Assembly: GCA_010093605.1 (NCBI GenBank)
Contig: MU004185.1
Location: 2,005,334 to 2,069,333, forward strand
Direction of reading: 5' to 3'
Source of the DNA: Lophium mytilinum
Taxonomy: Eukaryota
DNA: 64,000 nt
Below are positions 51,366 to 63,593 of this stretch, piece after piece (position 1 is the first letter of the stretch; the number at the start of each line of letters is the position of its first letter). A program made the translations under genes and the position numbers. The notes beneath the pieces were generated by a model that was not told the DNA's origin, ran no database searches, and worked only from the letters and a program-made list of their open reading frames with translations.

Positions 51366-52095
51366 TCAGCTCATCAGAGGTCTAAAGTGCACTGATTATT
51401 AGCACATCATTCTCACACACGTTGATCTTGCATGATCTTACCCGAGGTAGTCCTACGCACACTGAGTTAGCAATGGTTAAAACAAAATAGGTTGGGATAC
51501 ACACCTCCTTCATTGTCCCAATGGCAAACATTTTGTCCACTTCAGACCGCAGACCCTTGATCTTGATGCGGATCTGCGTCCCCTTCTCAATGATCTGCTC
51601 CGCGTTATCGGTCCACTGGGGAGGCGTGGCGTTCGCATCGTACTTGATCTCTGAGGGGATCATCTAGCGACAATGAGTTATTGTTCGCAATGTACAAGAT
51701 CACGGCAACTTACACTTCTTCCTACGAAAGCTTGGAGAGAGCCGCATTCAACGAAAAATCCGGAGCGGATGACCGAGGACACGACACCATCAATCTGCTC
51801 AAAAGTTAACAGGAGCTCACGTCGGCGCAAGTATAGGTGCACGCACAATCTCTCCGCGGAATGGTCTCCAGACCACGGCCTTGTAGTGGACCGTGTATTC
51901 AGCGTGTCCAGTTCCAGCAACAACTTGCCCTTCCGAGACCTCGAACGAGTCCAGAATGCATACTATGGTGTATTTCCCTGTGTTGGAGCCCTCTTCCTTT
52001 GCGAGCAGCTCCCTGTGGATGTGCGATCGGATGAGAGGGCCGAAGAAAGAGGGATGCAGCTGGATCGTCTTCTCCAGCTCGTAGAGGAAGAACAT
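51366..52095 (-). CDS. RPB7: RNA polymerase II subunit Rpb7
   Basis: MFFLYELEKTIQLHPSFFGP, WRPFRGE, AIGTMKEDYLG across 5 exons. Confidence 0.92.
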
Positions 52096-52813
52096 GGTGG
52101 TGGTCTGGCGCGTTCACGGCAAGTGAGGAGAGGGTCGAGGAGGCGGTAAGGAGAGCGCTTTGGACACGCTTTTGCGGCAGTGCGCTCCTCGCTGCTGGAG
52201 TTCGCTCGACAGTCTCTCTGCTTTTGTATTCACCCAGCGTCTCGAAGCTCTTTTAGGGCTGCTACGAGATGCGCGCTCGTCCCTGTGCCCGTGGCAGTCC
52301 AAGAGCGCCTCTATGTAAAGTATGTCACCGTCCGACCCAACAGTCCATGCGCGCCGGCGCAGTCGATGCCAGCGGTGGTCGCGGCTATGCCCTGAACGCC
52401 TTGCTCTCCCAAGGGCTCGTGGAATGGGGGGTGGAGAAGGGCGCGTCGAGGAGTGGTTGGAGGCAGAATGTGAGGCAGCGTGGTCCGTCGCGCCTTCTTG
52501 AGAAAATGGGATCGGAGCAGGTTTCACCGGGCGCCGGCCGCCAGGTCATGTGAATAGTGGCGCGAGGAACAACGCAGTCCTCGGCAGAAAACGAGCGAAC
52601 GACCGACGATCCTCTGCAGGCCGCTGACGGGTGTAGTGATGCAGCTTGCAACCTTCTTGTGAATCCTCAGTTCGTTCTTGCGCTGTCGTCGGCCGCCCTT
52701 CTGGCTGCTTTGTCTCCTGTCTCATCAAAGCATGCACCCAACAGCTGCAACACGCTGCCACTCTTGTTCTTTGTCTGCTTGAGGGAAACCTAACCCGAAA
52801 CAACATTCCTGCC

Positions 52814-53566
52814 ATGTCGCTCAACCTCGAGAAGCAGCTCCTCTTCGTATGTCCGCCCCAGATAACCTATGCCATAGCCGAGTCTAACTAGCAGTGCGCA
52901 GTATGGAGCCTACCACTCCAACCCAGTGAGCCCGCCAGACGCACCTGTCCGCCGCATGACGACTAATATACGATGTGAAAGGTCAACATTCTGATTCACA
53001 TTACATGCGTCCCAATTCTGCTGGTGACGTTCATGCTCCTTGTAAGACACTATATACTGCATCTACCCAAGGGCACCCGCTTATGCATCAGCGTTGAGGC
53101 TACCAATTCTCCGGACATCCCGCTACCCGCATGGCTCTCCATACCCTACTATCCCTTGAATCTGGGCACCGTGGCTGCCCTGCTTTACTCCACCCTCTAC
53201 ATCCTGATGGAGCCCGTGGCTGGGACAGCGCTGTCACTCTTCATCATCCCTAGCACGGCGTATTCGAACTACCTCACTTCGACCTATGGAGCCACTGTGA
53301 ACTATTGGGCTATGGGAATCAACGTGGTGTCCTGGATTGCCCAATTCATTGGCCATGGGAAGTTCGAAGGCAGAGCCCCGGCGCTGTTGGACAATCTCGT
53401 GCAGGCCTTGTTTCTAGCTCCGCTGTTCGTCTGGCTCGAAGTCTTGTTCTACTTCGGGTACCGCCCTGAATTGAGGCGTCGGCTGGATAAGGGGGTGGAG
53501 CAGGAGATTCGGAAGTTCAAGCAAGAGAAGGAGGCCAAGGCGAATGGTGTGAACAAGACGTCCTAG
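52814..53566 (+). CDS. MPO1: DUF962/Mpo1-like 2-hydroxy fatty acid dioxygenase
   Basis: MSLNLEKQLLF|YGAYHSNP|VNILIHITCVP and WIAQFIGHGKFEGRAPALLDNL. Confidence 0.88.
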
Positions 53567-54171
53567 TTAGAGACGCCCTAAGAAATGGACTTCCTAATGA
53601 CACGGTGATGGACGAGCAGATTGGCATGGGCAAGCGCGGCCTTGCTTTGGGGGAAGTGGGGGTAAATGTTCGATGGAAATTATAGCTAGGAGGGGCCGTT
53701 TTAACAGAGGAAACTCCTCTCTATGTTTGATGAAGTTAAATTGCATCAAAATACGAATGAGCATCCCTATTCGGAGGAAAGATGCTAGGAAAGGCATTCC
53801 GGGAGTGACCGGAGGAGAGTAGGCATTTCTGAGCTGGGCAACAAGCTGTCCGATACTGCGAGCATTTCGTGCATATCACAAAACTATATAAGCATTCAAT
53901 TCAAACACGTCAATTCTATGAACTGTAGCTATGAGTATAGCTTTGAGTGCAGGTAGTGCGTAAAATAACGCTATCCTGGAAAAACACTGGCGGCGCGAAC
54001 GGATAAGCACGTGACCGTCTAGAGGACCTTGAATCCGCTTGAGCGAGCCGACGCTCCTGCTTCTTCTCCCAGCAGCTTCCATCGCACCCTCCACCAATCT
54101 CCCCTCTATCCGTCCTGCTTCAATCTCAATTGATAGCAGTGCTATCCGAATAGCCTCTTGAGCTCATCACC

Positions 54172-56546
54172 ATGTTCTCGAGAGCCATCCGCCAGTCGAG
54201 CCGGGTCGCGGCAATCTCTGTCTCGGGCAGAATTGCATCGGTAAGTTCATCCAATGCGCCTGCAATTGGCGTCCTGCTTCATCTCGGACCTGCCTGCAGC
54301 TTCGCTCTCACCTCATGGCCGACTACGGTTCGACGGTAGAGCTTCGTTGTGGTGCTGGCGCCGCTGGGCCCAAGGAGGGCTTTTTCTTCTCGAGCCGAGC
54401 ACTGACGCTTCACCATAGACCCGATCCATCCCGGCCGTTTACAACATCGCATCCAAGCAGGTTCGCAACTATGCCGCCGATGCGAAGGCGTCCCCGACCG
54501 AGGTGTCCTCGATTCTCGAGCAGAGAATTCGAGGCGTGCAGGAGGAGGCGGGCCTTGCCGAGACCGGCCGCGTTCTCTCTGTCGGGTATGTTTTGGATAC
54601 AACAACAGCATTGCCTCTGGCTTGCCATTGCAAAGGGACACAGCTGACAATTGGTGTCTAGTGACGGTATTGCCCGTGTCCACGGCATGGCCAACGTCCA
54701 GGCTGAGGAGCTAGTCGAGTACGTCCCAATATCAACAAACCCATTGCGGGCCACAGCATACTAACAGCTACACCAGGTTCGCGTCCGGTGTCAAGGGCAT
54801 GTGCATGAACTTGGAAGCCGGCCAGGTCGGTGTTGTGCTCTTCGGTTCTGATCGTTTGGTCAAGGAGGGCGAGACCGTCAAGCGGACTGGCGAGATTGTA
54901 TGCATTCCTCTTAAGCTCTCATTGAGCTCAGCTAACGCATTGTAGGTCGACGTCCCAGTCGGCATGGAGCTCCTCGGTCGCGTTGTCGACGCCCTCGGCA
55001 ACCCCATCGACGGAAAGGGTCCTATCAAGACCACCGAGAAGCGTCGTGCTCAGCTCAAGGCTCCCGGTATCCTGCCCCGTCACTCCGTCAACCAGCCCGT
55101 GCAGACTGGCCTCAAGTCCGTCGACGCCATGGTGCCCATCGGACGTGGTCAGCGTGAGTTGATCATTGGTGATCGTCAAACCGGCAAGACCGCTGTTGCT
55201 CTGGACACCATGCTCAACCAGAAGAGGTGGAACGCCGGCAACGACGAGACCAAGAAGCTCTACTGTGTATACGTTGCCGTTGGCCAGAAGCGATCCACTG
55301 TTGCCCAGCTCGTCAAGACCCTGGAGGAGAACGACGCCATGAAGTACTCCATTATTGTCGCTGCCACTGCTTCCGAAGCCGCTCCTCTCCAGTACATTGC
55401 TCCTTTGTAAGTAACGCTCGTCCCTCATGAGTAGAGATCAGAGTACTAACGCCATCACCAGCACCGGCAGTGAGTAAACCCCTACCCCGATGCAGGTGGG
55501 AACACCCACAGCTCTTAGTCCGTGTACAATTCCTTGCCACTGTCAGGGGTGCCCCAATACAAGGTCAAAATTGCAAACGAGTCGGTTTTGAACAACCAGT
55601 AACCTTGTTCGGCCACCCCAGACAATGGTAAGGAAGGGTCCACAGACTATTGATGTGTTGTCTTAATAGGGTTTCGAAAGACTGTACAGAACTTTGCTGA
55701 CTTTATCTCCAGCCTCAATGGGGGAATGGTTCCGTGATAATGGAAAGCATGCTTTGATCGTGTTCGACGATCTTTCCAAGCAGGCTGTTGCCTACCGTCA
55801 AATGTCCCTCCTGCTCCGTCGTCCTCCCGGACGTGAGGCTTACCCCGGAGAGTAAGTGATTAACGTGAATCACATCCGACTTATCCAATATCTAACGCGT
55901 ATACAGCGTTTTCTACCTTCACTCTCGTCTCCTCGAGCGTGCGGCCAAGATGAGCGACAAGCACGGCGGCGGATCCCTGACTGCCCTCCCCATCATTGAG
56001 ACCCAGGGTGGTGACGTGTCTGCCTACATTCCCACCAACGTCATTTCCATCACCGACGGCCAGATCTTCTTGGAAGCCGAGCTTTTCTACAAGGGTATCC
56101 GACCTGCCATTAACGTCGGTCTCTCCGTGTCCCGTGTCGGTTCCGCCGCCCAGCTCAAGGCCATGAAGCAAGTCGCTGGTTCCCTGAAGCTCTTCTTGGC
56201 CCAATACCGTGAGGTCGCTGCTTTCGCCCAGTTCGGTTCCGATTTGGATGCTTCTACCAAGCAGACTCTCAACCGTGGTGAGCGTCTGACCGAGCTTCTC
56301 AAGCAGAAGCAATACTCCCCCATGGCCGTCAACGAGATGGTTCCACTCATCTACGCCGGTGTCAACGGTCTGCTCGACGATGTCCCCGTGGCCAAGATCC
56401 TCTCGTGGGAGGCGGACTTCCTTGCCCATCTCCGAAGCAACGAGTCTGATGTACTGGCTCAGATCGACCGGGAAGGTGCCTTAAGCAAGGACCTAGAAGC
56501 GAAGCTGAAGGACATCATCCAAAGCTTCACCAAGTCTTTCGTGTAA
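54172..56546 (+). CDS. ATP1: Mitochondrial F1 ATP synthase subunit alpha
   Basis: Presequence [55 protein letters not shown]. Seven introns, including an 8-nt microexon 55462-55469 giving APF-TG-TSMGEWF. Confidence 0.97.
55470..55712 (+). mobile_element. 243-nt hairpin-forming spliceosomal intron, candidate introner-like element (homologous to MSH1 intron 12387-12696)
   Basis: GTGAGT donor, GCTGAC branch, CAG acceptor; nearly the whole intron folds into one rod; arms align with the MSH1 intron arms. Confidence 0.6.
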
Positions 56547-57253
56547 AAGAAGGATGAACAGTGTATTTCTTAACAAAGCTTTGGTGTCAGTTATGCTGAT
56601 GGTCATCCGCATAGATGTGTAATATAGCATGCGTCCCCCCATCGGCTGTCTGAATATGGAACTCGTGTCTCGCATGGCAACGTGCTTTTAAAATCAAAGT
56701 CCGCCCACTACTCATATCCGTTTTATCCGCTGTTGATATGCATCTCGATTCTTTTGGAAGCAAAATGTGGATGCTGCTAGGGCCCTGTATTTATGCTCAA
56801 TCTCCGTTTTTCGTTCATCTTTACTCTATTCTTATCGTGACATAATCAGTGTTGTCCGCCACGTGGGGCATGAAAAATGTGGTACACTCAACCCGCATTC
56901 TTCTCCTTATACACCTGGCTGCCGCCGTTTGTGGTGCTTCAATGCATTTTTGGAAATCCGAAAGAGATAATCACTCTTAGCTTTGGGCTATCTGAAAACT
57001 TGCTGACGCACTCCAAGCAGTGGTAGACAGGTGTACACACGGCCGCGAAGACAGATCTTGATGAATGTGCCACTTTTTCCTGCCCGGCGTGTCCGCCTGC
57101 CAGAAATCGTGACCTGGCAATACTCACCGCTGTTCTAGATGTCCACATGGCACTCCAGTGTGAAGGTTGGTACCTTTGGTCATACCTATATCCAATCGCT
57201 TCGCCTCCGTTTACCAGATCTCGATCTGTCCTACATAACAGCACGATAGTATA

Positions 57254-58726
57254 ATGCCGACTACAAACAAATCTTATATATACAGCGAGAGGATCTCCGA
57301 AGCCGACCTGGAAGACATGCCCAATACTCTATTGCGCCTCTCACAGCGCCTGCAGGCATCGGTCCGCCGAGGAGGCAGCGACAGCGGCATCTCACGATCG
57401 AAAGATGCAGCTCTTAGGAAGGCGGACAAGGGAAAGGGGAAAGCGGCCGATCCAGAGGAATCCGCCCAGCCAGTGCAAGCCGTCGTAGTGCCTGAGCTCG
57501 CACACCTGGTTCATGCCACTGGATTGCAGACGCTGAGTCCGAAGCCCAAACGCCCGAGGAAGAACCCTCTCGCGTTGACTTTGCTACCAGTTCCCCCCAA
57601 CCCAGACCTCCCAAACGGTGCTTTCAATCCCCGAGCTATCAAATCGTCAAAAGGCAAGCTACCCGAAACTCGCGACATATCCTTAGGAGACGGCATCGCC
57701 GGTCCATCAACCCAGCATCCCTCCACCGACCCAACCCTCTGGCCACCCACCCACGACCCCACCGTCGACGGCGCCGTCAGCAAGAAAAATAAACCTACCG
57801 GCGACTCCACCTCCTCATCCCCATCCCCATCCCAGACCCCCACCCAGCAGCACAACGAGAACGACAACGACGAATACACCCTCCTCCCCCCTTCAACCAC
57901 CTCCACCACCTCCCCCTCCTCCCCCACCACCCGCCTCCACCAAACCCAATCCACCCTGCACACCGCCAACGCCCTCATCCGCGCCCTCCACACCTCCGTC
58001 GACGCCGAGCGCGAGGCCAAGGAAGACGCCCAGCGCGCCCTCGGCTACTACCTCCCCTCCCACGACCACACCGCCGAGCACCTGCACGCCGTGCTCGCGC
58101 GGCAAGCGCGCCTGATCGCGGCGCGGGACGCCGAGATCGCGGACCTGAAGGAGGCGCTGGACTACGGCAATAAGCTGCTGTCTGGGAGCTACCGGCGGCA
58201 GTGGGAGATGTGGCGCTGGGTGGATGGGCTAATAGCGGCGGAGGTGGCGGCGGAGCGGAGGCGGCGGTTTGGGGGGTTGGGGCGGTTTGCGTCCACGCGG
58301 AAGAAAGGGAGGGGGGATGATTTGGCCGCGGAGGGGGGCATGCCGGCAGGGTGGAGCTGGGAGAGTTTTGGAGGGGAGGGGGAGGAGCCGCCGGGGTTGC
58401 CGGGGTGTGGGGAGGTTTTGGATGGGGTGGAGAGGGAGGAGAGGATGCGGGAGGTGTTGGAGAGGGTGAAGAGGAGGGAGATGGGGTTGAGGAGGATGGG
58501 GGAGGTGTTGGAGAGTGGGGAGGGGAGTGTGGCGTTTTTGCCGTATGAGGAGGGGGAGTTTGAGGGGCTGAAGGTGCCGAGGACGGAGTTGGAGAAGATT
58601 GAGGGTATGTGTGCGGAGAATGTCAAGACGATGAAGTTGGGGGTGGTGAGGATGGTGAGGTTGGTGGAGAGGATTAAGGGGAGGGGGGCCACGGGGATTC
58701 AGGAGCCGGAGGAGAAGGTGATGTGA
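57254..58726 (+). CDS. Hypothetical protein (490 aa, low complexity plus coiled coil)
   Basis: Long single ORF; extreme C-rich first half and G-rich second half; no family recognised. Confidence 0.65.
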   Translation: MPTTNKSYIYSERISEADLEDMPNTLLRLSQRLQASVRRGGSDSGISRSKDAALRKADKGKGKAADPEESAQPVQAVVVPELAHLVHATGLQTLSPKPKRPRKNPLALTLLPVPPNPDLPNGAFNPRAIKSSKGKLPETRDISLGDGIAGPSTQHPSTDPTLWPPTHDPTVDGAVSKKNKPTGDSTSSSPSPSQTPTQQHNENDNDEYTLLPPSTTSTTSPSSPTTRLHQTQSTLHTANALIRALHTSVDAEREAKEDAQRALGYYLPSHDHTAEHLHAVLARQARLIAARDAEIADLKEALDYGNKLLSGSYRRQWEMWRWVDGLIAAEVAAERRRRFGGLGRFASTRKKGRGDDLAAEGGMPAGWSWESFGGEGEEPPGLPGCGEVLDGVEREERMREVLERVKRREMGLRRMGEVLESGEGSVAFLPYEEGEFEGLKVPRTELEKIEGMCAENVKTMKLGVVRMVRLVERIKGRGATGIQEPEEKVM

Positions 58727-59484
58727 TGGATTTGAGGAGAGGTGGTTGATATTCTGTGGGGTTGGTGTTTGGGCTGTGATTTGGGTTCTATTTCGGGGTT
58801 GGTTTAGGAGTGGGATCTATGGTGTATCATACATATGCAGGCTTTAGGGCCTGGAGGTCGACGGTCTGACCTTCCTGGGTAAATCCTTGATCTATGAATT
58901 TTTTATAAGAACATAGGTTGACTAGTAAGAAACTTGTAAGACATGAATCAATACGGCTTCTCCTTGTGAAGTCCCATACCTTGCCTATCTCTCTTGTATT
59001 TCATAATATCACAGAAAAAATTGATTAGATAGATGATTGGCATATTGAACAGCTACTGGAATCGCGAGGCTTACCTAGCATCGTGTACAGACACTAGCTA
59101 TAGCGAGGTGTCGTACGTCACTTACGGGTCACTTTGCTGATCAGAACGGATCTACCAAATACTCGTAATTACACTACCTAATGTATCCTTTATTGCCCAC
59201 GGCATTACTACCTGTGGTATAAAGTTCATTGAAGACATCGCTGATCCTCGACCGTCTTATGCCGAAAACACAAACATGGACGCCTTGCTAATGTCATGAC
59301 CCGCCGAGACCAAGCCCATGCACCGAGCAAGTATGCAGCAAACTCCGTCCAGTCTGAAAACAAAGACATAGTGCTCTCTAAACCGAGAACTAGAAAAGAG
59401 CAGCCAAGGAAACAATCTGAGAGGAATCCGAAAAGACTGGCAATCCGAAAGGGCTAGGAATCCGAATGACCATAATCACAAGGC

Positions 59485-60681
59485 TTAGTTGTAACCCTTC
59501 CTCTTGCGCTCTGCCTTGAGGCGCTTGAGCTCGTTCTCCCGTCTCAACTCCTCTTCGTCTTCCTTCTTAGCGGACAGGAGTGCCTTGCGTTCTTCTTCCT
59601 CGACATCCCAAGCTCCCGCCTCCATGTCAGAAGACGCGTCAGATCCATAGTCATCCTCGTCCTCGTCGTCAAGATCTGACTGCGAGTAGTAGGCGTGACC
59701 AGCCATCCTACCACCCTTTTGTGCTGCTGCTTTCGGCTTCACAGCGAGAGAACCGCTTCGACTCCGGTCAAAGCTTTGCTTTCGAGCTGGAGGACCGGTT
59801 CCAGCCCGTCTAAGTGGTGGGGGTGGTCCACCGCGCATCGTGCCCTGATAGCCCGATTCGACAGTTGGCTTTGGGCGCATTGTGCCTTGATAGCCTAGGT
59901 CCACGGCTTTTGGCTTCAGCTTTTCCTTCCCTGCTGGGCCTGCTTTGGTACGAGAAGCCTCGTGGCCCGGGGCGGCGTGTCTGTTCGGCACAGGTTTCTT
60001 GTCTGTCCCAACCGGTGTCCTAGTCTTGGCCTCGGCGTGACGTGCTAGTCTCTCCTTCCTCGTCAAGATCTCAGCTGGTTTGTGTTTGAAGGTCGAGACT
60101 GCGGGATTCGCTGCTGCTTCCTTGGCTTTTGCTAGAATGGCTGCATAAGAACCGGCTTTTGGAGGCACTGGGGGAGCCGCAGGCTTCGTTGCGGGTTTCG
60201 CTGTGGGTCCTGAACCGGTATATGTGGACTGAGTTCCTGTGCTCGGTTTGGAGGTAGGATCCGGAGTTCGCTTCTGAGGCTTCGATACATTCAGGGAATT
60301 TGTAGCTGACGTTGCGGTCCCGCGATATGGCAGTGGGTCTGGAGCGCCTGGTGCCTTTGGCTTCGACCCGTTGACACCGTGCGCAGGTCGAACTGTGCCA
60401 CTCATTCCATTTGGCGCATCTCGACGCTGGACCTTGTTCGGAACCGGGGTCGCGTCGCCCTCGGCTTTGCGCTTTGTCGGTTGTGTCGAGGCGATCCCGT
60501 TGGTCGGCACTGCTTGAATCTGCACCGGTCTCGGGGGCTTGGTAGCCTGCGGTGGTTTGACTGAGGGAGTCGGGGCCTGCGCCGCGGCGCTAGGATCGAT
60601 ATCAGAGAGAAGCGATGTGAGGAACTAAAGGGCTCAGAGTCAGCAGAGTCATAGTTTTAACGCGGGGTGCCTTACGCTCAT
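59485..60681 (-). CDS. SPT2: SPT2 chromatin protein
   Basis: ATGAGC|GTAAGG 6-nt first exon, Lys/Pro-rich body, C-terminal SDMEAGAWDVEEEERKALLSAKKEDEEE SPT2 signature. Confidence 0.85.
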
Positions 60682-61099
60682 GTCTGCGGCGTAGCAGATA
60701 GTGGGTTTGACTCAGAACTACCGGTCGTGTCGGTGGGCAGGCAGCACGCACATGCTGCGCTTGGAGGGTGAGGAGGGTGGAAGAAGAATGAAAGCTGTGA
60801 CCCGGACGAGCTTTATAGGCAGCACAGCGAGAGTCGGCAGGCGAGTGTGCGAGCGAGTGGCGTGGAAGAGTGACGGGTGAGGTGGGCAGAAGAGACCAAG
60901 GAAATGGCCATTCGCGCTAAAGAAATCTCTTGGCGCCCACGTGACCCACGAACTGATCTCCAAATTGAGGCGGCCGCATTTTGCGTTGCGACTCCACCAA
61001 CAACCACACCTCAGGACTCGTATTCTCAGTCTCCGGCCCCGCGGTTAAATCGATTGAGTCTCTAGTTCTCTCAAGCCTATCCCCCAAAATACAACCAAA

Positions 61100-61639
61100 A
61101 TGAAGCATCTCGCAGCATACCTTCTCCGTCAGTAATCTCGCGCCTGGTCGCCGGCTGTGACTAACTTTTCGCGCAGTCGGCCTCGGTGGAAACACCAGCC
61201 CTTCCGCAAAGGACATCACGGAGGTTCTCGAATCCGTTGGGTTAGTGATATCGCTGTAGAGTGAAAACAAAGTTACTTATAATTTTAGAATTGAGGCCGA
61301 TTCCGACCGTCTCGAGAAGCTCTTGAGCGAGCTTAAGGGCAAGGACATCTCCGAGGTATGCGATGGACTGGAAGCGCTCAACAGCAGGATCACGCTGACA
61401 CAACTCTAGCTCATCGCCGAGGGTTCATCCAAGCTCGCTTCCGTGCCGTCTGGTGGCAGTGGAGGTGGAGCCCCAGCTGCTGGTGGTGCCGGTACGGATC
61501 TTCCCTGCGCTATCACGTTGCTCAAACTAACTGATATTCAGGTGGCGCTGCTGCTGCTGACGAAGAGGCTGCCGCGCCGGCTGCGGAGGAGGAGAAGGAG
61601 GAGTCCGACGAGGATATGGGCTTCGGTCTCTTCGACTAA
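61100..61639 (+). CDS. RPP2: 60S acidic ribosomal protein P2
   Basis: MKHLAAYLLLGLGGNTSPSAKDI...EESDEDMGFGLFD across 5 exons. Confidence 0.95.
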
Positions 61640-62094
61640 GCGTGTCGTTGTGGGGTTTCGTCAACACATTGCATGGAAAGGAAAACGGTGTTCGCATTAC
61701 GGAATATACGACGAGTGGCATGCGGAGGAGTTTGGAAGCCGTTGCGCGAGCTGGATGGCTCGAATTTGCATGTCAATTCAATGCCAGCAATCTCTAGAAT
61801 CTACTAGATGGTGCTGAGCGCAAGTCGCTGCCAATGAAACAGTCGTACTCTTCCAATTTTGAAATCCAAGTGAATATCGTTCTAGTAGTGACGTTGCAAT
61901 CGATATATCGAAATGAGCTCGACTATGCCAAATTTTGTGCACGGCCGGTTTCATGATTCGCTTAGCTACCCGAATCGGGGCTAGTCCGCCCACTCAAGAC
62001 TCGCGGCGAGGTCCAACGTCCTCTGCACGCTCGCCCACGACCTCTTCATTGCAACCCGAAGTCATCTCGTCCGCCACCTGAAGACTTCGCAATC

Positions 62095-62893
62095 ATGGCT
62101 GACGAATACGTATGTACCCTCGCGAGTGGTCTCTTGCCCGCACTGAAATGCTGACCCTGATTTCTTAGAACGCCGAGGAGGCTGCCGGTATGCCACCCCA
62201 TTCCACTCCCTTCGCGAACAGACCTTTCCCACATGATGCGCGCACTCGAGGAGGAGATGAGGAGTGAAATGGAGAAACAATTGCACTGGAATATTGCTTG
62301 GGTGGTGGCTGACTCGACTTTCCCACAGAGCTCAAGAAGAAGAGAGCGTTCCGCAAGTTCTCCTACCGCGGTGTGGACCTCGACCAGTACGTTCTGCCAA
62401 CCCCAGGATCACTAGCATTGGAACTTGGCAACCAGAAAAATGGAGGGTGCTAACGGAAAACTGCCAGGCTGCTCGACCTCTCCTCCGAGGAGCTCCGCGA
62501 TCTCGTCCATGCCCGCGCCCGTCGTCGATTCAACCGTGGTCTGAAGCGAAAGCCCATGGGTCTCATCAAGAAGCTACGAAAGGCCAAGCAAGAGGCCAAG
62601 CCGAACGAGAAGCCCGACCTCGTCAAGACCCATCTCCGTGACATGATCGTCGTACCCGAGATGATTGGTAGCGTCATCGGTATCTACTCCGGCAAAGAGT
62701 TCAACCAGGTCGAAATCAAGCCGGAGATGGTTGGACACTACCTAGGAGAGTTCTCGATTTCATAGTACGTATTTTCAAGCACTTTTGAGATGGATCTTTG
62801 GAAGATATTCTAACAATTTACAGCAAGCCTGTCAAGCACGGAAGGCCGGGTATCGGTGCCACCCACTCTTCCCGTTTCATTCCTCTTAAGTAA
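62095..62893 (+). CDS. RPS15: 40S ribosomal protein S15 (uS19)
   Basis: [61 protein letters not shown]; 4 introns. Confidence 0.96.
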
Positions 62894-63518
62894 TTGCTTT
62901 GGGTACCCGGTTTGCATGGCTGCTTGAGGGAAAATGGACTGTACTTGATGAGATCATAACGAATCAATCGAGTGCGCTGAACGAATCGATTCTGGTGTCT
63001 CTTGGTGACCAAGTAACACATTCAAATGACCATCCTGGTCATAAAATGAGCCTTTTTGATTTGGACTTTCCCTCTCCAAAATTCCCTTCACAATAATATC
63101 CAATGCCTTGCCGTAGATGGACACGGATTTTATTGCTAGTGCTTGTGGGGCTTCGACGTGTGCTTCCAAGTCTGTACAAAACCAAAGTCTATCGGGTTTG
63201 AAATTCTTTCAACTAACCAGGCCGCCGCATAGCAGTATATCCTTAGTATCGATCACTTCCATAATACTCATGAGTTTCGAAACTACATCGAAGCACTGTG
63301 AGCATGACAAGAAAGGGTACAAAACTTAACACAGCTCTCTAACTTGGACTTCCCTGGAACCAACCTCACTTCTACTCTCGAGGCCTCATCATTTATAGTA
63401 GGACTGCAGCATGTCACCCACACCTTTTCATATTCTTCTCGCAGGCCATCTGATGCCCTCTCACTTGCACCTGCCTTCCTCTTTCTTCAACCTCATCTCG
63501 CTCCAGTTCTCCTTCCCT

Positions 63519-63593
63519 GACTTTCTTAAACGGGACTTTCTTAAACTGGACTTTCTTAGACTGGACTTTCTTAAACTGGAATTTCTGAAACTG
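63519..63593. repeat. Minisatellite, 5 x 15 bp GACTTTCTTAAACTG
   Basis: Units start at 63519, 63534, 63549, 63564 and 63579, with 0-2 mismatches each. Confidence 0.9.

Noticed and set aside
55470..55712. H/ACA or C/D snoRNA in the ATP1 intron
   Set aside because: Single rod without hairpin-hinge-hairpin-ACA layout or paired C/D boxes; homology to the MSH1 intron explains it better.
54768..56429. Long antisense ORFs opposite ATP1 (also opposite YDJ1, DAP2 and PCNA)
   Set aside because: Expected shadow ORFs from strong codon bias in highly expressed genes.
59423..59467. Three AATCCGAA copies downstream of SPT2; any CRISPR-like reading of the short repeats in this window
   Set aside because: Too short and too few, eukaryotic context, no cas genes.
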